This document shows positions 45,841-54,810 of a stretch of 64,000 bases of DNA, one piece after another. The stretch covers positions 960,001-1,024,000 of the forward strand of contig CAVPIB010000001.1 in NCBI GenBank assembly GCA_963704885.1. The letters are read 5' to 3'. How positions within the stretch are numbered: position 1 is the stretch's first letter; the number at the start of each line of letters is the position of its first letter. Source of the stretch: an uncultured Actinomycetes bacterium. Lineage in GTDB: Bacteria; Actinomycetota; UBA4738; HRBIN12. The notes under the pieces are model-generated. The model worked only from the letters and a program-made list of their open reading frames with translations, had not been told where the DNA came from and made no database searches. The position numbers and the translations under genes are program-made.

Positions 45841-45930
45841 TGCGGCGTGCCGGTTGCGGTTCGATGCTGGCGAGGTGCCGTTCTTGTCGCGATCCTTCCT
45901 AGAGGGTCACCGTTCGTCCAGGCTTGGCCC

Positions 45931-46233
45931 ATGACCGACTTCACCATGTATGGGTCGCTGTTCCTGATCGGAGCCGCGCTGGCCCTCTCCGGCGCCGTCG
46001 GGCTGTTCTTGCCCCAGGGGTATCGCCCTGACGTCGTGCTGGCGCTCCTGGCGGGGGCGGGTGTGGGGATCGCGTGCCTCGCGCTCGGCTCCGCTCTCGC
46101 CAGCCGCTCGCCGGATGACTGGTGGCGGGTCTTCTTCGTGTCGTCGATCGCCGGCTTCGCGATCGTGGTCTCAGGGCTGGTGGTGGCTTGGAAGAGACGC
46201 GACCGCTCGGGGTCGATCCCATCTAGTCTCTGA
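45931..46233 (+). CDS. Small membrane protein (3 TM)
   Basis: Three hydrophobic stretches. Confidence 0.55.
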   Translation: MTDFTMYGSLFLIGAALALSGAVGLFLPQGYRPDVVLALLAGAGVGIACLALGSALASRSPDDWWRVFFVSSIAGFAIVVSGLVVAWKRRDRSGSIPSSL

Positions 46234-46248
46234 GTCCATGAGGCGCCG

Positions 46249-47424
46249 ATGAGCATGACCTCGCGCGAGCGTGTGTTGGCCGCGATGAGCCACGAGGAGC
46301 CCGATCGCGTGCCGATCGTGCTCGGCGTGAGCAACGCAACCGGTATCAAGATGAAGCCCTATCGCGAGCTCAAGCAGCTGCTGGGTATCGAAGCCGACGA
46401 CGAGTACCTCTACGGGTGGCCGGAGCTGGGGACGGCGGCGGTCGATGGGGCAACGATGGTTCGTCTCGGGTCCGATGTCCGGGGAGTGCTCGATCTCGAG
46501 CCGGCCAGCGTGCTCGAGTGGAACGCGGCCCGTCCGCCGCACGCCGACTACATCAACTCGTGGGGTTCGGGCGCCACCGAGATCCGCCCGGGCGAATGGT
46601 TCCCGATGGTCTGCCCTCTGGCGTCGGCCACCACCGTGGCAGAGATCGAGGACTACCCCTGGCCCGACATGGACGATCCGACGCGGGTTGCCCATGTGGC
46701 GACGGAGGCCGCCCGGATCGCCGCCGAGGATCGCTACGCCATCATGGCCACGCCGTGGCTGCTCTTTCCCTTGGAGCGTGCGTTCGCCATGCAGGGCATG
46801 GACACGTTCCTGATGAACCTGGCCCTGCATCCGGAGTTCGCCGAGGCGCTGCTTTGGAAGATCCAAGAGAGATGCAAGGTGTTGATGGGTCACTTCCTGG
46901 CGGCCCTCGGCGACAACGTCGACATCATCAAGATCGGCGACGACCTCGGCACGCAGGAGAGCCTGATGATGTCACCGGATATGTACCGACGGGTCTTGAA
47001 GCCGATCCACGCCGACTACATCCGGTTCATCCGCGAGCGAACCCACGCCAAGGTCTTCTTCCACACCGACGGCGACGTGTTCCCGCTGATCGACGACTTC
47101 GTCGAGATGGGCGTGGACATACTGAATCCCATCCAGACGTCAGCTGGGAAGATGTCCAACCTGGAAGAGTTGAAGGCTCGATGGGGTGACCGGCTCACGT
47201 TCTGCGGAGGCATCGACACCCACCGGATCCTGCCGACCGGGACCCCTGACGAGGTGCGGGCGGAGGTCCGGCGGGTGATCCAGATACTGGCGCCAGGCGG
47301 CGGTTACATGGTCAGCTCGGTGCACACCGTGATGGACGACGTGCCGGCAGAGAACATCCTGGCCATGGTCGACGCGGTCGAGGAGTTCGGGACGTATCCG
47401 ATCGCCCGAGGTAGCTCGGGGTGA
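46249..47424 (+). CDS. Uroporphyrinogen decarboxylase / MtaA-CmuA family protein
   Basis: TSRERV..EPDRVP, GDDLGTQ..MSP, FHTDG, GVDILNPIQ, GGIDT, GGGY; coupled to a corrinoid protein. Confidence 0.85.
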   Translation: MSMTSRERVLAAMSHEEPDRVPIVLGVSNATGIKMKPYRELKQLLGIEADDEYLYGWPELGTAAVDGATMVRLGSDVRGVLDLEPASVLEWNAARPPHADYINSWGSGATEIRPGEWFPMVCPLASATTVAEIEDYPWPDMDDPTRVAHVATEAARIAAEDRYAIMATPWLLFPLERAFAMQGMDTFLMNLALHPEFAEALLWKIQERCKVLMGHFLAALGDNVDIIKIGDDLGTQESLMMSPDMYRRVLKPIHADYIRFIRERTHAKVFFHTDGDVFPLIDDFVEMGVDILNPIQTSAGKMSNLEELKARWGDRLTFCGGIDTHRILPTGTPDEVRAEVRRVIQILAPGGGYMVSSVHTVMDDVPAENILAMVDAVEEFGTYPIARGSSG

Positions 47425-48071
47425 CGGATCGCGAGGAGCTTCTCGACCAGCTGTACGGCTTCGTCCTGTCCGGCGACGTGGATCAGGCGGTGGCGGCGAC
47501 GCAGGAGGGTCTGGGCAGCGACATCGAGCCGACGGCCCTCCTCTTCGACGCCATGATCCCGGCGTTGGAGGAGGTCGGCCGGCGCTTCGAGACCGGAGAG
47601 GTGTTCCTGCCGGAGATGCTCATAGCGGCCAATGCCATGCAAGGGGCCATGACGATCCTCCGCCCCCTGATCGTGGCCGCCGGTGTCGAGACGATCGGTA
47701 GGTTCGTCATGGGCACCGTGGCGGGCGACATCCACGACGTCGGTAAGAAGCTCTGCATCGTGATGCTGGAGGGCGCCGGATTCGAAGTGATCGACCTCGG
47801 TATCAACGTGCCGGCTCAGGGCTTCGTCGATGCGATCCGTGAAGTTCAGCCGGACGTGGTGGGCATGAGCGCGTTCCTCACGACCACCGCCCTGGAGTTC
47901 GCACGCAACATCGAGTTGATCGAGGCGGCCGGCCTACGCGATCAGGTGAAGATCCTGATCGGCGGCGCACCGGTCGACCAGGCCTTGGTCGACAGTGTCG
48001 GTGCCGACGGCTTCGCGCCAGACGCCAGCTCCGCGGTCCGGTTGACCAAGACGGTGATGGGTATCTCGTAG
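47421..48071 (+). CDS. Corrinoid (B12-binding) methyltransferase protein
   Basis: Cap domain VG..FE.GE.FLPEML, GDIHDVGK, DLG.NV, GMSA.LTT, IGGAPV, GADG.A.DA. Confidence 0.9.
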   Translation: MTDREELLDQLYGFVLSGDVDQAVAATQEGLGSDIEPTALLFDAMIPALEEVGRRFETGEVFLPEMLIAANAMQGAMTILRPLIVAAGVETIGRFVMGTVAGDIHDVGKKLCIVMLEGAGFEVIDLGINVPAQGFVDAIREVQPDVVGMSAFLTTTALEFARNIELIEAAGLRDQVKILIGGAPVDQALVDSVGADGFAPDASSAVRLTKTVMGIS

Positions 48072-48140
48072 TCCCTCATCCGGCTTCTCCGCGACATCGC
48101 GACGCGTGACCATCAGGTACACGCGAAGACCTCGCCGGAT

Positions 48141-48548
48141 CTAGGTCGTCGTTACACGGATCTTGAACAGGTGGCCGCAGTCGGTGCACTTGCGGTTCAC
48201 GCGGGCCGCTGGCCCTGCGTGACCGAACGGTTGGGTGTGCGCGGAACCGCACACGGGACAGGTCTGGCGGGCGCGACCTTCGTGCGACTCACCACGCACG
48301 ACCCAGAACTCCTCGATCGACACCTCGGCTCCCGCGGCCTCGAGCCTCGCGGCCGCGTTCTTGGCGTCCTCCGGGAGGGATCGGTCGAGCACCACGATCG
48401 GGGGCTTCGCGTCGTCGATCGAGACCCGAGCTCCGGCGACCCGTTCGATCGTATCGGCGATGTCCTGCTCGGCGCCGGCTTCCCATCCGGTCACGGTGAC
48501 GGTTGCACGCAGCACCTGCCCTTCCCGATCGGGGGGCAGATCGCTCAT
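48141..48548 (-). CDS. Hypothetical protein: L7/L12-CTD-like segment plus zinc ribbon
   Basis: EDAKNAAARLEAAGAEVSIE followed by CPVC..CTDC. Confidence 0.55.
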   Translation of the reverse strand: MSDLPPDREGQVLRATVTVTGWEAGAEQDIADTIERVAGARVSIDDAKPPIVVLDRSLPEDAKNAAARLEAAGAEVSIEEFWVVRGESHEGRARQTCPVCGSAHTQPFGHAGPAARVNRKCTDCGHLFKIRVTTT

Positions 48549-49036
48549 GCTCCGCCGTCTGGTTGCGTCACGTCCGCCACCTCGGCGTCGAGTGTGTCCA
48601 CAAGGTCAGCCGAGCCTACATGGAGGTTCACGCCGTGAGCGCCGGCACCGATCGCAACCCGTTCGCGGTCGCGGACGGTCGTGTCGGCGATGACCGGCCA
48701 CGCGTTCGTGGCGCCGAACGGCGAGATCGCGCCGCGCTCGTATCCGGTCGCTGCCTTAGCCTCGCCGGCGTCGGGGAGCGAGAGCCGCTTGACCCGCAGA
48801 TGCGCCCGGAGCTTCGGCCAGTGGATCTGCCGGCCGCCGGGCACAAGGACGAAGACGTAGTCATCGGCGCCTCGCCGGATCACGATCGTCCGAAGGAGCT
48901 GTCCGAGCTCTATCCCTTGTAGGGCCGCGCTCTCTTCGGCACTCGCCGGTCGCTCGGTGCGGACCAGTTCGAAGGCGAGGCCGGCAGCCTCGGCCGCCTG
49001 TGCGCCGGGGGGAGCAGCCGGGTTCGCGGTGTCCAT
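48545..49036 (-). CDS. YbaK/EbsC family protein
   Basis: SAEESA, LLRTIV, ATGYERGAISPFG, IGAG. Confidence 0.8.
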   Translation of the reverse strand: MDTANPAAPPGAQAAEAAGLAFELVRTERPASAEESAALQGIELGQLLRTIVIRRGADDYVFVLVPGGRQIHWPKLRAHLRVKRLSLPDAGEAKAATGYERGAISPFGATNAWPVIADTTVRDRERVAIGAGAHGVNLHVGSADLVDTLDAEVADVTQPDGGA

Positions 49037-49074
49037 GGCGATTCCTCCCGCTGCGGCGGCCGACCCTGCCGGGC

Positions 49075-50268
49075 TTACGTGCGCTTGCGTTCGAGGTCCA
49101 GGAACGGCGTGGCAACCACGGTCGCGGCCACCTTGCCGCGCTCGCCCTCGACGCTCCACTCGACCGAGAGGCGAGACCCGACCTTCTCGTGCTGCTTGTC
49201 GACCGAGCCGAACCCGACCATCTTCTTGATCGTAGGGCCCCATGTGATGCTGGTGGCGCGCCCCACCTGACGACCCTCCTTGTAGACCGGTACAGGGTCG
49301 CGGTGCACGAGCGCCGACACCGCCGGCGCCAGGTCGTGCTTGGCGTAGAGCCCTTCGATCCCCGCCCACTCCAACTCCAGGCCGACCAACCGCCGCGCCG
49401 GTCCGCCCAGCTTCCTCTCCGCGATCAGCGCCCGCTTGCCGTTGAACGGTGACTCCTTCCCGAGCGCGACCAGCCTGCCGAAGCCAAGCTCGTACGGCGA
49501 GTAGTGCTGCTCGGCGGCGATGGCGCGGTGGGAGCTCGAGTACTCGACCTCTATCAGGAGCAGGCCGGCCTCCACGCGCGCCACGTCCATCGCCCGGATG
49601 CCGCAGGGGTGGATCCCGTAGCGCTGGCCCGTGTCGAAGATCCTGTCCCACACCGCGAGCGCGCCGTCGGCAGGCATCCACAGCTCGTATCCGCGGTCGC
49701 CGGTGTAGCCGGTGCGGGTGACGTCGACCTCCACGCCCGCGATCTCCGACACCCGCCGGCGGAAGTACCCAACGTCCGTCCAGTCCTGTCCGGTGGCTTC
49801 CTGCAGGACCTCGCGCGACAACCGGCCCTGTAGCGCCAGACCCGCGGTCGCGTCGCTCACGTCCTCGACCTCGACGTCCAGTCCCGTCGCGTTCATCCGG
49901 AACCAGCGCTCGCACGGGTCGGCCGCCGTGATCCGATACGAATCTTCGGCCAGGCGTGTCACCGTGCCGTCGTCGATAACCTTGCCGTCCTCGTCGCACC
50001 AGGGCGTGTAGTAGACGTGGTCGACCTGAAGCCTGGAGATATCGCGCGTCATCACGCGGTCGAGCAAGCGACCGGCGTCGCGCCCGCTCACCACGTACTT
50101 GTAGAGGGGACTGACATCCACGACGGCCGCGGCCTCGCGGATGGCGTTGTATTCGATGTCGTGGAAGTCCGCGTAGACGGCGGCGCTGTGGTATCCCGAC
50201 CACTCGCCCCAGGCGAGGTGATGGTTCAGCTCCGCCTCACGCGGAAAGAACGCGGTGCCGACGCTCAC
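49075..50268 (-). CDS. GcvT-family aminomethyltransferase/demethylase
   Basis: EYNAIRE..DVSPL.K, GKVIDDG, RTGYTGDRGYE, RVEAG; no gcvH or gcvP in the window. Confidence 0.88.
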   Translation of the reverse strand: MSVGTAFFPREAELNHHLAWGEWSGYHSAAVYADFHDIEYNAIREAAAVVDVSPLYKYVVSGRDAGRLLDRVMTRDISRLQVDHVYYTPWCDEDGKVIDDGTVTRLAEDSYRITAADPCERWFRMNATGLDVEVEDVSDATAGLALQGRLSREVLQEATGQDWTDVGYFRRRVSEIAGVEVDVTRTGYTGDRGYELWMPADGALAVWDRIFDTGQRYGIHPCGIRAMDVARVEAGLLLIEVEYSSSHRAIAAEQHYSPYELGFGRLVALGKESPFNGKRALIAERKLGGPARRLVGLELEWAGIEGLYAKHDLAPAVSALVHRDPVPVYKEGRQVGRATSITWGPTIKKMVGFGSVDKQHEKVGSRLSVEWSVEGERGKVAATVVATPFLDLERKRT

Positions 50269-50410
50269 GAGACTCCCTCCTCAACCAGGTGCGCTAGCGT
50301 AGCGGAGCCTCGCCCGAGCACCTCGCGATCGGGGTTGACCTCAGGTCAGAGAGGCGATGGCTCTATCGTGGGATCCGGCGTTCGCCGCATCGGGTACGGT
50401 TCCCCGCCAG

Positions 50411-50983
50411 ATGGACGACTCCGGACCTCTGTATCCGTTGGAGACCGAGAGGCTGCTCCTTCGCCCGCTCGTACCGAGTGACTTCGACGCGCTCTACTCA
50501 TACCAGTCACGAACCGACGTCGCGCGGTTCCTACTGTGGGGACCTCGGGACGAGGCGGAGGTACGAGAGTCCCTCGAAAAGAAGCTGCAGAGCGGCATCA
50601 TCCGTGCGCCGGGCGACTTACTGGCCCTAGCCGTCGTCCTGAAGGAAACATCGGAGATGATCGGCGACTTCATCCTCCATCGGCAGGATGACGAACAGCG
50701 CCAAGCCGAGCTCGGCTACATCATCCACCCCGATCACGCAGGCAGGGGCTACGCGACGGAGGCCGGCCGAGCGATGCTCACGATCGCGTTCGAGGACATG
50801 CGTATGCACCGGGTGTTCGGACGCGTGGAGGCACGCCATACGGGCTCGGCGCGCGTGCTCGAGAAGCTGGGTATGCGCCAAGAGGCCCACTTCGTGGAGA
50901 ACGAGTTCGTGAAGGGCGAGTGGCAGAGCGAGCTGGTCTACGCGATCCTCGACCGCGAATGGCTCGGCTCCGCACCTCCGTAG
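50411..50983 (+). CDS. GNAT (RimJ/RimL) acetyltransferase
   Basis: ETERLLLRP, ELGY..GRGYATEA, SARVLEKLGMRQE. Confidence 0.88.
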   Translation: MDDSGPLYPLETERLLLRPLVPSDFDALYSYQSRTDVARFLLWGPRDEAEVRESLEKKLQSGIIRAPGDLLALAVVLKETSEMIGDFILHRQDDEQRQAELGYIIHPDHAGRGYATEAGRAMLTIAFEDMRMHRVFGRVEARHTGSARVLEKLGMRQEAHFVENEFVKGEWQSELVYAILDREWLGSAPP

Positions 50984-51095
50984 CCCGAGGGCATCGGAGG
51001 TGCGCTGAGGCCCGACGACCGTAGGCCTTTCTACCTGCCCATGCGCTTGTCGGAGCGCGCAGGATGGAGCCGGAGGACCGAAGGAGGCGACTTCC

Positions 51096-51479
51096 ATGAG
51101 ACTCACGTGGAGGGACGGTGTCACGACGATCCTGGCCGGTTGCACGGTGGCGATCGCGATGGCGGTCGCGCAGGGGTGGGGCTGGCCGCTGCTGGGGAGC
51201 GTGGCCGCGGGGGTAGCTGTCCTGGGCGCCGTCGGGTTGGCGATGTGCGTGCTGGGCGCGTCGACCGACTCGGCGCCATCGCTCAAAGACCCGTTCACGG
51301 CGGTGATGTCGGTGCTCGGCTCCGTCGCGCTGGTTCTGATCGTGGTTGGTCTCATCATGGCGAACGAGGCCGTGTTCATGACCCTGACGGTGGTCATCCT
51401 GGTGATGTGGCTCGTGTCCACGACGTCGCACGCGATCTCGGCTCGCCCGAGCCTTCGATATAGGGTTCACTCGGGCTAG
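51096..51479 (+). CDS. Small membrane protein (4 TM)
   Basis: SD AAGGAGG; hydrophobic helices. Confidence 0.65.
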   Translation: MRLTWRDGVTTILAGCTVAIAMAVAQGWGWPLLGSVAAGVAVLGAVGLAMCVLGASTDSAPSLKDPFTAVMSVLGSVALVLIVVGLIMANEAVFMTLTVVILVMWLVSTTSHAISARPSLRYRVHSG

Positions 51480-51517
51480 CTCCGTTCATCGCTCGCGTCG
51501 GCCGGATCTGACGCTCT

Positions 51518-51550
51518 AGACGCCCTCTGACCTTTGGTCAGAGGGCGTTT
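51518..51550. repeat. Inverted repeat with TGACC-N3-GGTCA core (terminator or operator)
   Basis: ACGCCCTCTGACC-ttt-GGTCAGAGGGCGT. Confidence 0.6.
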
Positions 51551-51619
51551 GGTGTGGTCAGAACGCCGCGGCTACCATTGGCGACCGGCGCATCCGCGTC
51601 CGTCTCATCAGGAGGGTCC

Positions 51620-53224
51620 GTGGCCAAGCGGTACGACGTGGTCGTGATCGGCGGGGGACACAACGGCCTCACGAACGCGGCCTACCTGGCCAAGGCCGGC
51701 AAGAAGGTCCTGGTCCTCGAACGTCGCCACGTGCTGGGCGGCGCAGCCGTCACTGAGGAGGTCTTCCCCGGTTTCCGTTTCAGCGTTCTGTCCTACGTCG
51801 TCTCGCTGCTTCGTCCCGAGATCATCCGCGAGCTGGAGTTGCCCAAGTACGGCCTGGAGATCCTCCCCCTGGACGGCACCATCACGCCGCTCGATGACGA
51901 CTACCTGTGGCGCAGTAACGACCACGGCAGCACGATCCGCGAGCTCCGCCGGTGGTCGCGGAGCGACGCCGAGGCCTACGAGGAGTACGGCCAGTTGATG
52001 GCCGAGATGGCCCGGTTCATCAAGCCGATCCTCTCGATCGTCCCGCCCGATCCCGGCAAGCTGAACCCGATGGACTGGCTTCCGCTCGCGGGGCTCGCGA
52101 GGAGTTTCAAGGACCTGCCGACACGTCTGCAGACCACGTTCATCCAGCTGATGACCATGAGCGCAGCCGACTTCTTGGACCAATGGTTCGAGACCGAGCC
52201 GCTGAAGGCGACCATGAGCGCGAGCGGCATCATCGGCACGTTCCAGGGTCCGCGCTCGCCGGGTACCGCATACGTCCTGCTGCACCACTACATGGGAGAG
52301 ATCGACGGTGCCTTCCGGGCCTGGGGCATCCCCAAGGGTGGCACCGGAGGTATCTCGATAGCGATCGCGAACGCTGCCCTCGCCCTGGGGGTCGAGATCC
52401 GAACGGAGGCCCCGATCGCGCGGATCGACGTGCGCGACGGCCGCGCGACGGGTGTCACCCTCGAGTCCGGCGAGCAGATCCAGGCCGGAGTGGTGATGTC
52501 GTCGGTCGACTCCAACCTCACGTTCCTCAAGTTGCTCGGATCGGGCACGCTCGATCCGGATTTCGAGGCGGAGGTCCGCCGCTATAAGTACCGCGGCTCA
52601 TCCGGCAAGGTGAACCTGGCCCTCGACGGCCTGCCCGAGCTCGCGTGCAAGCCGGGCGTCGGTCCGTGGCTGCGAGGCGCGATCAGCTTCTCGCCGAGCC
52701 TCGACTACATGGAGCGCGCTTACGACGACGCGAAGTACGGCCGGTTCAGCCGGCGTCCGTACATCGACTGCATCATGCCGACGCTCGTCGACCCGTCCAT
52801 GGCGCCCCCAGGCAAGCACGTCATGAGCTGCTTCGTGCAGTACGCGCCCTACAAGCTGGAGCCCGGCAAGGAGTGGAACGACGCCGAGCGCGAGGCGTTC
52901 GGTGAGAACGTGATCGACACTTTGGAGGAGCGGTTCCCCGACATCCGGAAGCTGATCCTTCACAAGATGTTCGTGACGCCGAAGGACATCGAGGACATCA
53001 CCGGTCTGACCGAGGGCAACATCTTCCAAGGCGAGCTCTCACTGGAGCAGCTGTTCTTCAACCGGCCTGTGCCGGGGTGGGCCCGGTATCGCACTCCGGT
53101 GAAGGACCTGTGGATGTGCGGCTCGGCCACGCACCCCGGCGGCGGCATCATGGGCGCGCCCGGCCGGATCGCCGCGCTCGAGTACCTGAAGGAGAACAAG
53201 CGCGGCGGGAAGCAGGTGGCCTGA
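51620..53224 (+). CDS. FAD-dependent oxidoreductase, phytoene-dehydrogenase-like (COG1233), paralogue A
   Basis: IGGGHNGL, LERR..GG, GNIFQG, GSATHPGGG; SD GGAGG. Confidence 0.88.
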   Translation: MAKRYDVVVIGGGHNGLTNAAYLAKAGKKVLVLERRHVLGGAAVTEEVFPGFRFSVLSYVVSLLRPEIIRELELPKYGLEILPLDGTITPLDDDYLWRSNDHGSTIRELRRWSRSDAEAYEEYGQLMAEMARFIKPILSIVPPDPGKLNPMDWLPLAGLARSFKDLPTRLQTTFIQLMTMSAADFLDQWFETEPLKATMSASGIIGTFQGPRSPGTAYVLLHHYMGEIDGAFRAWGIPKGGTGGISIAIANAALALGVEIRTEAPIARIDVRDGRATGVTLESGEQIQAGVVMSSVDSNLTFLKLLGSGTLDPDFEAEVRRYKYRGSSGKVNLALDGLPELACKPGVGPWLRGAISFSPSLDYMERAYDDAKYGRFSRRPYIDCIMPTLVDPSMAPPGKHVMSCFVQYAPYKLEPGKEWNDAEREAFGENVIDTLEERFPDIRKLILHKMFVTPKDIEDITGLTEGNIFQGELSLEQLFFNRPVPGWARYRTPVKDLWMCGSATHPGGGIMGAPGRIAALEYLKENKRGGKQVA

Positions 53225-53226
53225 GC

Positions 53227-54810
53227 GTGGCGCGATCCGAGCGGGTCGTGGTCATCGGCGCCGGCCACAACGGCCTGGTCGTCGGGGCTTACCTGGCGAA
53301 GGCCGGCAAGAAGGTCATCGTCCTGGAACGCCGCGACGTGGTCGGCGGCATCCTGGCGAACACGGAGATCGCGCCGGGCTTCACGGCGCCCGGGATCGCG
53401 CACACGGTCGGTCGTCTGCGCCGGTCTGTCATCAAGGATCTGAAGCTCCGGTCACACGGCCTGGAGCTGTTGGAGCCCGACGTCCGGATCTTCGCGCCCC
53501 AGCCGGACGGATCGGCGGTGACGTTCTGGGGCGACTCGATGCGGACGGCGTCCGAGCTCGAGTCGCGGAGCCCACACGACGCGGCGGCGTATTCCGGGTT
53601 CGACAAGAAGGTCCGCGCCGTAGCGAGCTTCCTGTCCCACATCAACGCGATCACCCCGCCCGACGCGAAGTCGCCGTCGATCGCCGATGCGATCGCGGGT
53701 CTGAAGCTTGGGAAGGCGTTCCGCGACCTGGGCGCGCGGACCGGGCGCGAGGCGATCCGTGCCCTGCCGATGGCGGTCGCGGATCTCGTGGCCGAGGCGT
53801 TCGAGGAGGAGGCCGTTCGAGGTCCACTCGCCACTAGAGGCGTGCTGTACACGGCTACCGGGCCGTGGGCCGCGGGCTCGGCGGCCGTCTTCTTGAACGA
53901 CTCGGCCGGTAACGATGGGGGAGCGCCGGGGCAGTCGACCATCGCCCGTGGCGGCAGCGGGGCTCTCGCCAACGCGCTCGCGGCTGCGGCGAAGGCCCTG
54001 GGGGTTGAGATCCGCACCGGCGCCGAGGTGGCCCAGATCCGTTCGCGGGACGGTCGCGTCGTCGGCGTCACCCTTGCAGATGGGGGCACGATCGACGCCT
54101 CGCTCGTGGTGTCGGCCGTAGATCCCAAGCGCACACTCGGCATGTGCGATCCGGTCGAGCTCGGACCCACGATGGTCTGGCGGGCCGGCAACATCCGCCA
54201 ACCGGGCGCGACCGCCAAGGTCAACCTGGCGCTCTCCGACGTGCCGCAGTTCAGCGGCGCAGGCGACTTGTCGCGGCTGCGGGGCCGGATCGTGATCGGA
54301 ACCAGCATCGATCACGTGGAGAAGGCTAAAGATGCGTTGAAGTTCGGACACGTCGCCGAGGAGCCGTGGCTGGAGGCGACGATCCCCACTCTGTTGGACC
54401 CATCGCTCGCTCCCGAGGGCAGACACGTGATGAGCGTGCTGGTCGAGGCCGCTCCGCGACATCTGCGCGAGGGCGACTGGTCGACCGACCGCGATCGCCT
54501 GAGCGACATCGCGGTGAAGACGCTCGAGCGATACGCACCGGGCCTGGGCGAGCTGATCGAGGCCCGACAGGTGATCACGCCCGAGGACCTCGAGACCGAG
54601 TACGGCCTGAGCGGCGGGCACGTCTACCACGCCGAGCCCGGCCTGGATCAGTTCTTCATGTGGAGGCCGCTGAACGGCCAGGCGCGCTACCGGTTCGTAC
54701 TGGATGGTCTATACCTGGCCGGCTCCGGCGCTCACCCGGGCGGCGGCATCACAGGCGGCCCGGGCGCGAACGCCGCACGGCAGATCCTGAGCGACCTGAG
54801 GAAGAACTGA
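53227..54810 (+). CDS. FAD-dependent oxidoreductase, phytoene-dehydrogenase-like (COG1233), paralogue B
   Basis: IGAGHNGL, TPEDLE, GGHVYH, GSGAHPGGG; 2 bp after paralogue A. Confidence 0.88.
   Translation: MARSERVVVIGAGHNGLVVGAYLAKAGKKVIVLERRDVVGGILANTEIAPGFTAPGIAHTVGRLRRSVIKDLKLRSHGLELLEPDVRIFAPQPDGSAVTFWGDSMRTASELESRSPHDAAAYSGFDKKVRAVASFLSHINAITPPDAKSPSIADAIAGLKLGKAFRDLGARTGREAIRALPMAVADLVAEAFEEEAVRGPLATRGVLYTATGPWAAGSAAVFLNDSAGNDGGAPGQSTIARGGSGALANALAAAAKALGVEIRTGAEVAQIRSRDGRVVGVTLADGGTIDASLVVSAVDPKRTLGMCDPVELGPTMVWRAGNIRQPGATAKVNLALSDVPQFSGAGDLSRLRGRIVIGTSIDHVEKAKDALKFGHVAEEPWLEATIPTLLDPSLAPEGRHVMSVLVEAAPRHLREGDWSTDRDRLSDIAVKTLERYAPGLGELIEARQVITPEDLETEYGLSGGHVYHAEPGLDQFFMWRPLNGQARYRFVLDGLYLAGSGAHPGGGITGGPGANAARQILSDLRKN

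Noticed and set aside
49075-50268. Glycine cleavage system and glycine riboswitch
   Set aside because: No gcvH or gcvP, and no recognisable aptamer in the short upstream region.
51620-54810. Carotenoid biosynthesis cluster
   Set aside because: No crtB, crtE or cyclase nearby; only the general COG1233 fold is supported.
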